A stretch of 63,053 bases of DNA, the filler included, from Aduncisulcus paluster (lineage: Eukaryota), in the NCBI GenBank assembly GCA_024181965.1. It is 31 parts of 31 records of this genome, joined end to end, with 100 filler letters (N's around TTAATTAATTAA, not from the genome) between each part and the next. Parts side by side here need not be neighbours in the genome. Positions count along the whole stretch, not along the records: positions 6,634 to 20,798 come from BQXS01010292.1; positions 20,899 to 22,209 come from BQXS01010293.1; positions 22,310 to 23,918 come from BQXS01010294.1; positions 24,019 to 25,542 come from BQXS01010295.1; 27 more parts are not named here. One strand, 5' to 3'. Made by a program: the position numbers and the translations under genes. Of this stretch, positions 12,717 through 25,642 are shown in pieces. The notes under the pieces were generated by a model that saw only the letters and a program-made list of their open reading frames with translations, had not been told where the DNA came from and did not search any database. Numbering within the stretch: position 1 is the first letter of the stretch; each line of letters begins with the position of its first letter.

Positions 12717-13284
12717 TTTTCAATTCTTCCTTGTCGGCAAAAGAGCTCGAAGAGGTGAAAATATCAGACCAATCGATGAACCACGCATCAACACAAAATT
12801 TGTCGAAAAAGGTTGACTCAGAAGTTATCACAAATCGTTTGAACGATTTATTTTTCCAAATGAAAAAAAAAATTCCGCGATCGTATTGGAATGATTCCAT
12901 GCGGAATGATTTTAATTCATCACTGATGTTATTGGCAATAACCCAATCTCATAAAATATTCATGTTTTTAAAGCTACTACTATTCTATATAGCACCTTAT
13001 CAATATCAAATTACACCTAAAACGTTCAAAAAAAAAATATAGATCTACTAGATCAAGTTAGTAACTTTGTCCGGTTTCCTTGCGCATAAAAATTTTCCAT
13101 TATATTTGAATAATGTTTATGGAATCAATTTGATGTTTGAAATAAGTATCATGTGGAGACCGTTTGTATTTCAGTGAGAGAATCTTGAGAATATAGATAG
13201 CGATATATTGTGAAAGATCATTGTTATTTTGTTGATGAAATACTTGGTAACGCATTATAATTTTATTTAAACTGTTTTATGTTT

Positions 13285-13800
13285 TTGATATGATAGAGTC
13301 TAACAGTTTGAAGCTTTACAGTTTACAGCCTGTAAACTGAGTTTGTCATATCAACTATTTTTGTCATCTCAATCTCATCGAGATCTTTTTCCTTTTTTTT
13401 TGCTCTCCGTGTGATCTTCTTCTTCTTTGTGGAGAGTCGGGTGGGACACAGGTTACATCGATTTCTAAATTAATGTCGTATGAATTTCCAAATTCATATC
13501 GCATTAATTTGGGTTCACATGTAACCTGTGGAGTTCAACTCCTGAAATAACTTGACTATACTGTCACTCACTTAGTCACTAGCAGTGAGTGTGAGCCTTC
13601 TGTTTTCCTCGCTCTATTTCTGCTCTTCATGTGTTCTTCTTTGTGAAGAGTCAGGTAGGAGTTCTTTTTCACCGTGAAAACATGTGACATGTAAAAACAT
13701 CTATTTAATGGATTCCATTCTGATTATTGTCTTCGATTTATAATATGGAGAAATTCAGTTCTCATCAATTTGATCCAAAAATCTCCCAAACCTGACGTTT
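13285..13800 (+). ncRNA. Candidate structured non-coding RNA region
   Basis: Dense nested hairpins with G-U pairs favouring the + strand; one duplicated hairpin shows compensatory changes. Confidence 0.45.
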
Positions 13801-14266
13801 CGGAATATATGAACCGGTAAAAAACGCATTTTTTCAGGCGGGAGGTTCTATTGGGAGGCTCTTCTAAGCGCCCTGTTCTTGACCTTGATCAATGAGCATT
13901 TATTTTTCACCCCCTGTGTTATTTTGCCTTTCGAGGCGGTAATATATGGTGGAGCCACTTTGTGGTTCAAGATGATATTTACAAAAGTCCAGCCATGTAT
14001 CAGCCAACATATCGATAAACTGACCAATGGTCCCGATAATAATAATAATAATATGATTATGCATATGTTTTTTGCGATCTTATTATTTTTTTTTGTTCCC
14101 ATTGATTTATTTCCAATCAAATGTGTTGCTTTAATTTTGTAGTCCTCCGTTTCTAAACGCCGTGGGAAACCCGTTTGGAAAAAAAAAAAAAAAAAAAATT
14201 TAAAAACATGAAATAAGTGGTGGTTATCCGGACCCGTACGGTCTAAAAATAGGATCCATCCATGCT

Positions 14267-15091
14267 TTATACCATGTCTTTCATTTCTGTACTAGTCGTA
14301 GTGGTCTCATTTCCCCTCCCAAACCTTAAGGTTTGAAAGCATTCCCTCCAGTTGTCATGGAGGAAAATGTAAATTACGCGAAATAAAAAAACCATCAGCG
14401 TTATGATATCAACGAAAAACCTGGAGACAGCGATTATGCAGTCGTCTTCGAATCGTGCTATGATTATAGTGTAAAACAGGATGTAAAAGTACACCATAAT
14501 GCTACATGAACAAGAGTAATAGATCTCTTCGGCAGAGAAATCCCACCAAAACCACATCATAGCAATAACGGCAACATATAAGATGAGAACTTCGGGAAAC
14601 TTACTCTCAGGTGGAGGTCCATGGGTGTTGGGAGACGATAAGAGGGCCATAACGGCCATACCAACTGTTAGAGAGAGAGTAATCGCTATGGAAGCAACAA
14701 TCTCAATACTCTCGTAATAGGCAGTCAAACATCCCAATAAAATTGAACCACAGCCAACGAATAAAAACAGAAACAGTAGATTCATAGGATAACTCTTGTG
14801 GACAAAATATAAAGTAATGAAAAAACCAAGAGTACCAACAGCGGCAGTAATTATAAGCCAAATATTATTTTGAACAAAAACAGTGGCTCCTCTGAACAAG
14901 ACACAGACCAAAAGAGGGATACCACAACAAATAGACAATAGACCATATACTTTTCTGAAAAAGACCAGTGTATTCATGGCTTTGGCTGCCTTCACAATCT
15001 CGGCCTCCGTATCCGGTAATGAGGAGGACCCACATATAGTCTCGGATTGAGGAGTAAACGAATGAGACCAACTTGCTCCACCAGAGGACAT
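14267..15091 (-). CDS. Bax inhibitor-1 / TMBIM family membrane protein
   Basis: FFRKVYGLL, YPMNLLFLFLF, about 7 TM segments, C-terminal F.DII.L. Confidence 0.85.
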   Translation of the reverse strand: MSSGGASWSHSFTPQSETICGSSSLPDTEAEIVKAAKAMNTLVFFRKVYGLLSICCGIPLLVCVLFRGATVFVQNNIWLIITAAVGTLGFFITLYFVHKSYPMNLLFLFLFVGCGSILLGCLTAYYESIEIVASIAITLSLTVGMAVMALLSSPNTHGPPPESKFPEVLILYVAVIAMMWFWWDFSAEEIYYSCSCSIMVYFYILFYTIIIARFEDDCIIAVSRFFVDIITLMVFLFRVIYIFLHDNWRECFQTLRFGRGNETTTTSTEMKDMV

Positions 15092-15584
15092 TTAATATTT
15101 GTCGGTCTTGTTTTGATAATGTAACAAAATCGTCGGTCTCCGAATTTGAAACTGTCTCAAATTTACAGGCTTGAGAAATGCTAAAATAAAGAATAAAAAT
15201 AAAGAAAAATATTTAAAACAACTTACAATTACAAAAGATTATTTCTAAATTTGTAAGGTTACTTCTATTGAGAGGTTTAATCATTAAAGTTGTTAGTTTT
15301 GCCGCCGGCGGAGGTTGCAAAGGGTCTTGGTTGGGAACACATTTCAAATGTTCTCTTTAATGGCGGCCATTAAATAAAAAAACATTCCGAAAATTACAAA
15401 ATTAATAACCAATAAAAGACAGTATAGTATATTTCTACCTAAGGTAAACTACCCGGTAGTTATCGAAAAATTCGATTTTGCGCCACTTGTAATTTTGTAT
15501 TATTTCTCTAAATATTAAAAAGGTATCTAAATTTAACTATTTCCGACATATATTAATTCATTTTTTTCGTAATATCTCTCAATC

Positions 15585-16490
15585 ATGGAAACAACAAAAT
15601 CTATGGATTTAGAAGAGCTGTGTGCTGATTCAATAACGTCCAAATATGAACTTGGTTCTTTCGTTTCAAAGATGCGTGATGATCCGGAGTCCATTGGATC
15701 TATTCGAATATCCAAGTTGGATGTTCCTAATGTGTCAATTCTTGCAGATGCCTTCAAACGAGTTCATAATATTCTAAAATTAAGTGTATCTGGTCCTCGA
15801 CTAAACGGACATCAAGTTTCTGTCCTTTTAGAGCCTCTTTTCTTGAACAACCCTTCAGTTCGTTCTGTTGAGATTAGTGCCAAGTTTTCTGGGACTCGGA
15901 CAGCCCAAGCTCATGTATGGAGAACTTTCCTATTTGCTAAGAGTCTTGTTCGCCTTAAGATTCGTAATTGTGGTGTAACAAATGATTTTGCTTTTGTCTT
16001 GAAAGGACGAGTCACAAAAAAGGGACACACTCTCAAAAACCTTCAATTAATCGATTTATCAATGAACCCACGTATTTCTAAACCTGTTATTGATATAATC
16101 TCTGAAATGGCATCGATAAAATACTTATCCCTTGCTCATTGTGATTTGGTCGATTCTGATCTCGAATACATTGGTAAAATGTCCCCACTATCTGTTCTTG
16201 ACCTTTCGTATAACTCTGTTGGTCCAATTGGTGCCAGTGCCATTCAATGCCATTCAGAGTCTCTTTCTGCTCTATCTCTGTCTCATTGTGGCATAAATGA
16301 TAGTATTCTTGAGGTTTTATTCACCCATTCTCTCACATCCATGGAAAGAAAAGATCCCTTGGCACGGAAAAGGAAGAAAGTCATTCAAATTCTTGGAGAC
16401 ATGATAGAAGACCTCGACATATCTCATAAAATAACTTCACAATCGGCTATTGTTGCCATTAAACCGATATCTCCACTCCCCACCTCTTCC

Positions 16491-16521
<31 letters not shown>

Positions 16522-17642
16522 TGCAATATCTTACCTCTTATGTTCATTTCACTTCTCTTGTAGATTGTGATTTTTCTTACAATAACATCCATTCTGGTAT
16601 TCTTTTCATTGGATCTTGTTGCAAAAACATAATTAAACTCGCTATTGATCATAACCCCATTGGTAATATTTGTATTAAACAATTATGCCGATATCGATTG
16701 CATTGTCTTGAATATCTTCAATTGGAAGAGGTTGGAATATCAGACGAGACCACACTGTTGATATTATTCGAATCGACTATCGAAAAGGCAGCAGTTAAAC
16801 CTAAGCGTTCATTTGAAGAGTATACAAAAGATATCGTGCCTGTTATTGCCTCATTATCCACTGTACAAGAAACACTGCCGATAACAGGTGATTCAAAGAA
16901 GAAACATGGTTCATCAAAGCAAAAACCAAAGAAAAAAGTTGTCGATAAGAAGGCCAAAATACAACCATGTTCTTTCCCTGTATTACAAGAGTTAAATATC
17001 AGTCATAATTTGGCTCCAACTCCCTCTTCCTCTGCTACATTGTTCTCCTATGTGTCCCATTCATCCTTACATACGCTAAATATGTCTTACACACCGACTT
17101 TTTTGACTGAGTCGTGCGAACTCAGTGCTGTCAGTGAGATTCGTGATCTTTCTGCCCAAATTGAATACAGTGGACTCGGAAACGTTGAGGAAGCTGGAGA
17201 TCTCATTGATTCACTGAATGCTTTAACTGATAAAACGATTGGATGTGTCACATTGGCTCGGCATGCTCATGCGGTTATGACATTAAGTAAGAGAGTAGTT
17301 CGAGTTATTGATATTCGAATTGAGGATATTAAGAAGGATGCCAAGAAGGGTTTGAAAAGGACAGCATTTACTAGAGACCCTGGTAGAAGAGTTGAGATTG
17401 TTGCTGAATATAAGGAAAAAATGACCAAAGTTTTATTGCTACAAAGATTATCAGCTGCTTGCTTAGCGAGTGAAAAGATTGCAAAGCCTGTATTCGAGCG
17501 AACAAAAGAGGTTGCAGCTGCTGTCGAATGTGCTTCTACAGCTATCGGACTAAGATATCTAAATGTTAAAGATTGTGGGTTGAATAAGGAAGGGAGACAA
17601 ATGGCACAAGAGATGCTCTCACACTTGGAGTTAGTCTTGTAG
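15585..17642 (+). CDS. Leucine-rich repeat protein (RNI-like)
   Basis: Repeated LxxLxLxxN/C motifs (LQLIDLSMN, LSVLDLSYN, LQELNISHN). Confidence 0.88.
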
Positions 17643-17761
17643 TGATTATAGTGATTGAAATCGTAATGATTCTTATGTAGAAATCAGCTCAGACTTTGAT
17701 CTATCAGATATGTTCTTTATTATCTAAACTATCCTTGTGGACACACTCCTTTCGAACTCTC

Positions 17762-19168
17762 ACCCATGGTTGAAGAGGTATAAGTACCGCAAGACGATTG
17801 GTGGGTCTGAGGTAGGATTCAATTGGAACTGATTTAGGATATCTGGGTACATATCCAACAATGCCGCACTCAACCAACACATCCGACGGTACCTGCTCGG
17901 CTCCCTGAGGAAAATCCGAACCCAACTCCCGATCCACATTGCCTCTCTCTCTCGTTGGCTGTGCATGGATGCCATTCTCGGGTGCACTGATTTCACTCGG
18001 AAAGGTCTATTAATAGTATCACGCCATACTGGTTCGACATCCCGAGACGACCAAGAGTTGCTGTTGCGTGCCAAGAAATCGATCAGACATTTCTTCACTC
18101 TCCATCCCATCCTTTCCCATGTTCCTTCTCCATGCTGTCCATGTTCACTCCCTGCTGTCCCTGTGTCACATCAACATTCCCACCACCTTCAGAAACATCC
18201 AAGTTCAGGATCCTCCCCAATCTATCCGAGGGTATCAGCATCGTCATTGCATTCTTATCATCCTTCTACCACTGGTGATAGATCACATTTCCCTGTCTCC
18301 AGCACATCCCCTCCTCCTCATTCACATGCACATGGACATCCACATGCACATGCACATGCATATGGACATAGGCATACACATGGGACATCAGGCTCCTCCT
18401 CCTCCTCATCCATATCACATGATGTATCAGCCTCCTCCTCAGGGGTACTACCATATGCCTCCTCCCCCCACTCATGACATGTCAGGGCCACCTCAAGTTC
18501 AAGGGGCATCACATGGGCAATCGTACATGTCTGCTGCCGCCAGCATGCAACCTCATCCACACTTCTCTCCATCAGGGTCTGAGTTCTCTCCATCGGCTGC
18601 AGACATACAGCCTTTTAGAGCAGTAGGGGGATATCCACAATATCCACAATATCCACANNNNNNNNNNNNNNNNNNNNAACATACTGCAACCAGACCTTCT
18701 CATACCCATCAAGGAACTCACATGCAACAAGAGGAGGAGAAGAAGAGGAAGAAGAAGAAGGATCTAAATATAGACAATGAGAAAGAAGAACCAAGTGATG
18801 AAGAACCAAGTGATGAAGAATCAGGAGAATCAGGAGAATCAGAAGAATCCAGTGGAGGAGATGGTGATCCCATGCCATCGTTTATTCTGTCCCCCATGGT
18901 TGAAGTATACATGTACCGCAAGACGATTGGTGGGTCTGGGTCGGATTCAATTGGAACTGATTCTGGGTACATTATCTGGAGTCTTTGTATTATTCCAAAA
19001 TCAGTGTGGAAAGTTCGAGGAGGAACAACAAAGAAATGTCTTCTTCAACGAGAGTCAACTGGCATTCCCTTTTCTTCTTCCACCTCCACGTGTCATGATA
19101 ATGTTCGACAGCACAACACTGTTGGACATGGCCCATGCATCGGTAAACGTCGAGTCTCATCTTCCTCT

Positions 19169-19212
<44 letters not shown>

Positions 19213-20636
19213 TTCGCTTTCTACATTTTGCCCTGATCATCTAAATCATCTTTCCTCACGAACAGCTCTGTTCCTCACCCAAATTGAGTGCTGCACTTCT
19301 GACGCATTTCCCCCAGATATTCCTCAACCATTCCCATTGGTGTGGATAAAGCTCAGTGAGGGAACCGATCCTCAAAAGTCCAAGGAACTGTCCTGGCTGC
19401 GGCATAATTTCAAAAGTCTTCTGCAGTTTCTCTCCATGTATGAGAGCATATCCATCTTTCACGACGGGAATGTACTCGTGAGACACATCATCAACGATGA
19501 GATTCTGGAGCTTCGAGGGAAACAAGAAGTGCTCGACCGAAGACGTGGCTGCATGAGTGTGAATCCGAGTGGTAGCAGTGGCAGTAGTGGTAGCAGTAGT
19601 AGCAGTGGCAGTGGCAGTAGCAGTGGCAGTAGCAGTGGCAATAGCAGCAATAGTAACAGTGGCAGTAGTGGGGTAGGATGTGATAAATTGTATGTATCAT
19701 CATCGGTGTCATTACCATCATCCAATGGTGACCCCCAGTTCTCCTCCTCCTCATCTCCATGCTCCCCTTTCCCACGTCTTTCCCACTCTATCCATCCTTG
19801 CTTGTTCCTGTTCCGAATGTTTGGAAGGGAGCTATCCAACAATGCCGCACTCAACCAACACATCCGACGGTACCTGCTCGGGTCCCTGAGGAAAATCCGA
19901 ACCCAACTCCCGATCCACATTGCCTCTCTCTCTCGTTGGCTGTGCATGGATGCCATTCTCGGGTGCACTGATTTCACTCGGAAAGGTCTATTAATAGTAT
20001 CACGCCACACTGGTTCGACATCCCGAGACGACCAAGAGTTGCTGTTGCGTGCCAAGAAATCGATCAGACATTTCTTCACTCTCCATCCCATCCTTTCCCA
20101 TGTTCCTTCTCCATGCTGTCCATGTTCACTCCCTGCTGTCCCTGTGTCACATCAACATTCCCACCACCTTCAGAAACATCCAAGTTCAGGATCCTCCCCA
20201 ATCTATCCGAGGGTATCAGCATCGTCATTGCATTCTTATCATCCTTCTACCACTGGTGATAGATCACATTTCCCTGTCTCCAGCACATCACCTCCTCCTC
20301 ATTCACATGCACATGGACATCCACATGCACATGCACATGCATATGGACATAGGCATACACATGGGACATCAGGCTCCTCCTCCTCATCCATATCACATGA
20401 TGTATCAGCCTCCTCCTCAGGGGTACTACCATATGCCTCCTCCCCCCACTCATGACATGTCAGGGCCACCTCAAGTTCAAGGGGCATCACATGGGCAATC
20501 GTACATGTCTGCTGCCGCCAGCATGCAACCTCATCCACACTTCTCTCCATCAGGGTCTGAGTTCTCTCCATCGGCTGCAGACATACAGCCTTTTAGAGCA
20601 GTAGGGGGATATCCACAATATCCACAATATCCACAA
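17762..20636 (+). repeat. Tandem segmental duplication: about 17852-18657 is near-identical to about 19834-20636
   Basis: Near-identical DNA and translations; the first copy lacks the middle of the second. Confidence 0.9.
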
Positions 20637-20705
20637 TATCGTATGCAACAAGGACAACCTCCTCATATTCCTTCTCAAAAGAGAGGGAGTAGTGAGAAGA
20701 AATGA
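18678..20705 (+). CDS. Low-complexity hypothetical protein; C-terminal reading frame uncertain
   Basis: Long open frame to 20455 with an overlapping Pro/Gln/Tyr-rich frame to 20705. Confidence 0.5.
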
Positions 20706-20898
20706 GCTCTATTTTTAGAAAATCATTATTAGAAAATGAAGGACTGTCCGACAGCTCTAACGGGGTCTGTTTGTTTATTTTCATTGAGAAGTAACTTCNN
20801 NNNNNNNNNNNNNNNNNNNNNNNNNNNNNNNNNNNNNNNNNNTTAATTAATTAANNNNNNNNNNNNNNNNNNNNNNNNNNNNNNNNNNNNNNNNNNNN

Positions 20899-22209
20899 AG
20901 GGGTGTTGAAGCTGTCAAGGCTGTTAACATGTATATTCAATATCTCTATGCTGGGGCTGTTAAATTTAGAAAAATCAAAGAGATCGGGTTTGTAGCTGAT
21001 ACCATTACCAGGCTTCACAATTGGGGTGTCAGTCCACTTCAGATCCTTTCTGAACCCTGTCCAGAACGTTGTGTGAAGACTCGACAGCCTATTCTGGATA
21101 TCTCCAATCCTTTGAACCGTGTTGTCACGACTCCTGTGAAATGTGTTGACTTACAATCATGTTTAAGTACATTTGGTGTAGAATCTTCTGCAGAAGGTCT
21201 TCAAATATTCCATCTGCCCGATTCACAGGGCATTACCAAAGAACAAGTCAGTCTCGTAGAACAAGAACTTTATAGTGTTTTTGACATGGGTAACAAGGAA
21301 GTATCGGCATGTCCTTCGTATATACCAAAGCTTAGGAAAGACAAGAATCGTGGTAAAACTCAGATAATTGTGTGTTCTTGTCGGTCGATTTGTGTTACTC
21401 CCCACATTGTTCTGACAATCAGCAAAGATTCATGTCTCAGAGTGTTCTTCTGTGATCATACCAATGTTCATGTATGTCCAACTTTGTTATTGACCTTTTT
21501 CCTGACTCTCCCATCGTCTCCGTCCAGAGTTTTCCCTTTCTTGCATCCAATGGGGTACTCTTTCCTTGTATGTGGGACTGAAGGTGATGTTACAGCCTTT
21601 GCTTTTACACAGCCATTCACAACACGTGGAAATATCGATTCAAAACAGATTGTTGCATGCGGGGAGGGAACGTTGTGTCAATCATTGCGGGAATTGTTCT
21701 CTTTCTTTGTTCCTGGGAAAGTTATCAACGTTAAAGAGTGCGCTCCATTTGGGTTTTTAGCCCTTTCCACGAATCAAGGTCGTGTGTATGGTATTGATCT
21801 GATCTCTGGGTTCCTTCTGTGGTGTGTTGACTTGTCAAGCATCATCGAATGTACCGTTGGCAGTATGTTGTGCATGTCCGTTCATGAAGAGACCGGTGAT
21901 ATCTACACTGGTGTTTCCATCCATGTCGGTGGGGAGACCGCCGTGTCGAAGAACGCTGCTCTATGTTGTATCTCTCCCACTGGGCATGTGAAGGCCATTA
22001 AATACATGCGAGGCGATGTGAGTGCTATGTGTGTGACTGGAGGGTGGGATGAGACGATTCTCTTTGTCCTTTGCTCCGATGGCATGTTGTTCACTCTTTC
22101 CAATGTTCTTGTGCCACTTACAACAGATCGCATTGAAACATCCGTGGGAGGATCAATGGTGGCTTTAGAGGTTACATTTGACACGATTCGTGTTGTTGAG
22201 AGTGGTTCC
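20899..22209 (+). CDS. BEACH-domain C-terminus plus WD40 propeller (neurobeachin/LYST family), partial
   Basis: RGVEAVKAVNMY...YAGAV...HNWGVSPLQILSEPCPER matches the end of a BEACH domain (FGQTPxQL..PHP.R); WD-like blades follow. Confidence 0.85.
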
Positions 22210-22309
22210 NNNNNNNNNNNNNNNNNNNNNNNNNNNNNNNNNNNNNNNNNNNNTTAATTAATTAANNNNNNNNNNNNNNNNNNNNNNNNNNNNNNNNNNN
22301 NNNNNNNNN

Positions 22310-23179
22310 ATCTGACAATTCCTCGATGAATTGTTGGCTTTCTCTTTCTCCATTTAGACCGTCTTGGGTTGTGGTTTCTTCCAAACTATGGACTATGGAT
22401 ACACTATCGTGGGGGTTCAAATCACCTCTCGGAACTCCGCTTTGATATGCAGGAGAGTCGGATGAATCTTCGAGGCTTGGACTTTGATCAGCTGATGCCA
22501 TTGAAGCTCGTGTTTCTTGTCTGTCTGTAACCAATGAACTTCCGGTACGTCTAAGAGAGTTCGTGTCTGGACGGACACTGTGTTCAGTCCTGGAGTGTTG
22601 GGTTTGGCTATGATCTCTGCTTGATGCACTTGTACTGGATGAAGAACTATGGGGTGCTTCCGCATGCTCTCGGTGTCTTAGATACTCTTCGATAGTGTTT
22701 GAAGAGGTTATTCGAGTCGAGTGAGACGTGACAAATCGTTTCATGGTGGACGGGAGTCGTGGTGTGTCGGCGAGAGATACATATCCAGTTGGCTGGATAT
22801 CATGGGAAGCGTTCGAGCTTTCATGAGCAGCGGCAGTTTGAAAACCATACATGATTTTTCGACATGTGTTGCATTTGAATTTCACAATGGCAAAAGATTG
22901 TATCCTGCAACTTGCTTTCCTCTGATGCGTTGAAAAACTCTGGAAACTCTTCCAGCATTGATGACAAGAACACTTGAAAACGTCTTCTGGTAGGTCAGTT
23001 GCTCTTTGAGGTCTGGGCATTGTTGACACTGTAGCAAAAATATAAGATCAATTTGATTAATTTGGTAGTGATAAATATTATTTAATTTACATAATAGTAT
23101 AGCTTAAAACTGAAACAATATTCTTGAATCATGGTTTAATATTTAAACTTTCCAGTAATAAGAGAGATTTTGTTCTTTG
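22310..23179 (-). mobile_element. Multi-copy element: about 160-nt leader plus ORF (ATG 23020) with two N-terminal C2H2-like zinc fingers; possibly the 5' end of a non-LTR retrotransposon
   Basis: CxxC..F....H and CxxC..........H motifs; 22904-23179 is nearly identical to the reverse complement of 57422-57698. Confidence 0.55.
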
Positions 23180-23359
23180 CTGGGGTTCGGGTAAATTTTT
23201 GTCATGTTTAAAACAAAAATAAAATATTATATTTTTATTGAATTAGTAATAAAGAATCATAAAATGCACTTTATTTCATAATTCATTCAAAAATGAGTGG
23301 AGTGAAGATGAATCTTTTTTGACAAATTTTGTCAAATCATCTTTTGTTCATAACCCAGG

Positions 23360-23918
23360 ATGTTCAAATATATTTCTTCAAAAACGAATTCCAAACACGA
23401 TGATAATATTGTTTGGATGCGATATAAGCAGTTGAAGAAATTTGATAAAAGAATGAAAAAGGCAGTTGTCATAAATCACCTCTCAAAAGATGTACGACAG
23501 AATTTCATCCAAGAACCACCATCTTCTGAGAACTGTGGTAGATGTATATTATGTGGAGTGCCGTTAAAAACGAATTGTTCAGCATTGTCTCATTTGCTAA
23601 CAGTGAAACATTGCAATGGAGAATTGTTATCAAAACCAACGCATCAAGAAGAATCTATTCAAGGGAAAAGAAGACATTTAAGAGAACAGGTGGTGGATAG
23701 TGCATTATCATGTGGAATATCAGCTTTTACGATTGCAAAATTTTTTAATTTGAAAATTCAAAAGGCGATACTTGATTTGGGTGAGCCAATGGAATTCAAA
23801 AAAGATGCATTATATGATTGCATGCATATGGTAGCATCAAGATCACTCGAAAGCACTAGAGACAAGGTGTTAAAGGGGTGTTATAGTCTAATTCTAGACA
23901 AAACCACCTCGAGGGGGA
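23360..23918 (+). mobile_element. hAT-like transposase N-terminal fragment
   Basis: BED-like CILC...HLLTVKH and YSLILDKTT (first catalytic Asp context). Confidence 0.6.
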
Positions 23919-24018
23919 NNNNNNNNNNNNNNNNNNNNNNNNNNNNNNNNNNNNNNNNNNNNTTAATTAATTAANNNNNNNNNNNNNNNNNNNNNNNNNN
24001 NNNNNNNNNNNNNNNNNN

Positions 24019-25225
24019 TGAGAAAGTTCCCCAGCAACGTGTATTTTGTTGTATTGCTCCCGTGGACCCCAATGAAGAAGAGAAGAAGAACGAAGGAAAT
24101 CCGAGAGGAGGACAACGTAGTGGTGGGAGCGGAGGAAGTAGTGGAAAGCCCAAGAAGGGAGAAGAGGAAGAGGAGAAGAAACTCCCTGGTCCCTTGTACA
24201 CTGAGGCCCACGAGTTCCTTGCATACCCTCCCTCGAGTATTTCTCCATCTTCCGCTGATCTTTTGAACCGTGGGGATTCTATTCTATGTTGTATGAGCAG
24301 TGAGGTCATCAAGAAGAAAGAGGAAGATAGAAAGAAGAGGGAATATGAAGAGAAAATGCTCGAAGAAGAGAAAAAATTCAGACAGAAGAGAGAAGAGGAG
24401 GAAAGAAGGCAACGACAGGAAGAAGAAGGAGGTGAAGAGAAGGGAGAGGATATTAATATGGATGAACAAGTTGATGGAAACGATGATGCGGATAAAGTTG
24501 ATAATATTAAACCCTCTACTTCTCAACATGGTGCTGTCCGTGTCCTCTCTTGTGAATTGGCCGATTATGGTGTCTCTGAGGAAGAAATCGCTGCCTTTGA
24601 GCGTGAGATTGTTTCAGCTCCCAAGAAGAAAGACGATCTCTTTGGGGTTGAAAAGAACACTGGCCCCTTCCAACCCTCGAGACCATCCTCTCTCCCCCTC
24701 TTCTCTGTTGACATTGGTTCTTCCCGCAAGGAGATGATTCCCGTGTGGCCCCCATCCATCGGTGAGATTATTGAGCCCATTGTTGACACTGCGGTGTGTG
24801 TGATGCCCATCTCTGACGAATTCCAGCACGTGAATGAGGGAGTGCGTGCCAAGCTGTGCAGTGAAGAGCATGATGTGCATGGAGATAATGCGATGAGTGG
24901 AGGCGACGAAGCGAAGGACAAAGTTGAAGGGGATGATGTGATTGAGGAGGAAGACCACAATGCCCAGACCACATCGCCCACTCAGACCCAAGACAACAAA
25001 GATGACGAGGAAGAGGGCCATGTTCTCAAGAGTCGTCACAAACCGTCCGAAGTGCTTGAGCCTTTCAACTTCAGCTCCATCTCTCAGATGAATGCTTCCT
25101 ACTTGCACATGCTGAGTGAGATCAGGGGGGTGTCTGTGGATGAATTGATTGAGAGCATCGATCCTTCCGTGTTCTCCCTTGTGTACGAGCTGTTCAACGT
25201 TCTTTCAATGGGAACAATGGGATAA
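24019..25225 (+). CDS. Acidic hypothetical protein, 5' truncated
   Basis: Long open frame with a coiled-coil segment. Confidence 0.65.
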
Positions 25226-25642
25226 TCTTTACTATCTCGTCGGATGTTACCCCACTTTTTTTCTTGAGGAGTTGTAAAAGAGAGAGATATGTTGTCTCGT
25301 GCACACATGACTCTCTCATGGGTTAGTCTTTCAAAAGTAAACAGATCTTAGATGAACTGTCACTGACGATACCAAGAGCTTTCGATTCTAAAGTGTCATT
25401 AGAAACGTTACGTATCATACGTTCCACTGTGGAACGGTTCCTTACTCGAATTATATTCATTTCATGAATAATGATGAAATTCATGCAAATATCATGTTCT
25501 CAGAATGTTTCCGGGTCAGACCCAAGTATATCTCTTCTGAGTNNNNNNNNNNNNNNNNNNNNNNNNNNNNNNNNNNNNNNNNNNNNTTAATTAATTAANN
25601 NNNNNNNNNNNNNNNNNNNNNNNNNNNNNNNNNNNNNNNNNN

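Noticed and set aside
13048-13066. U2 snRNA-like AGATCAAGTTAGTA
   Set aside because: It lacks the GTGTAGTA branch-pairing sequence and the 5' stem
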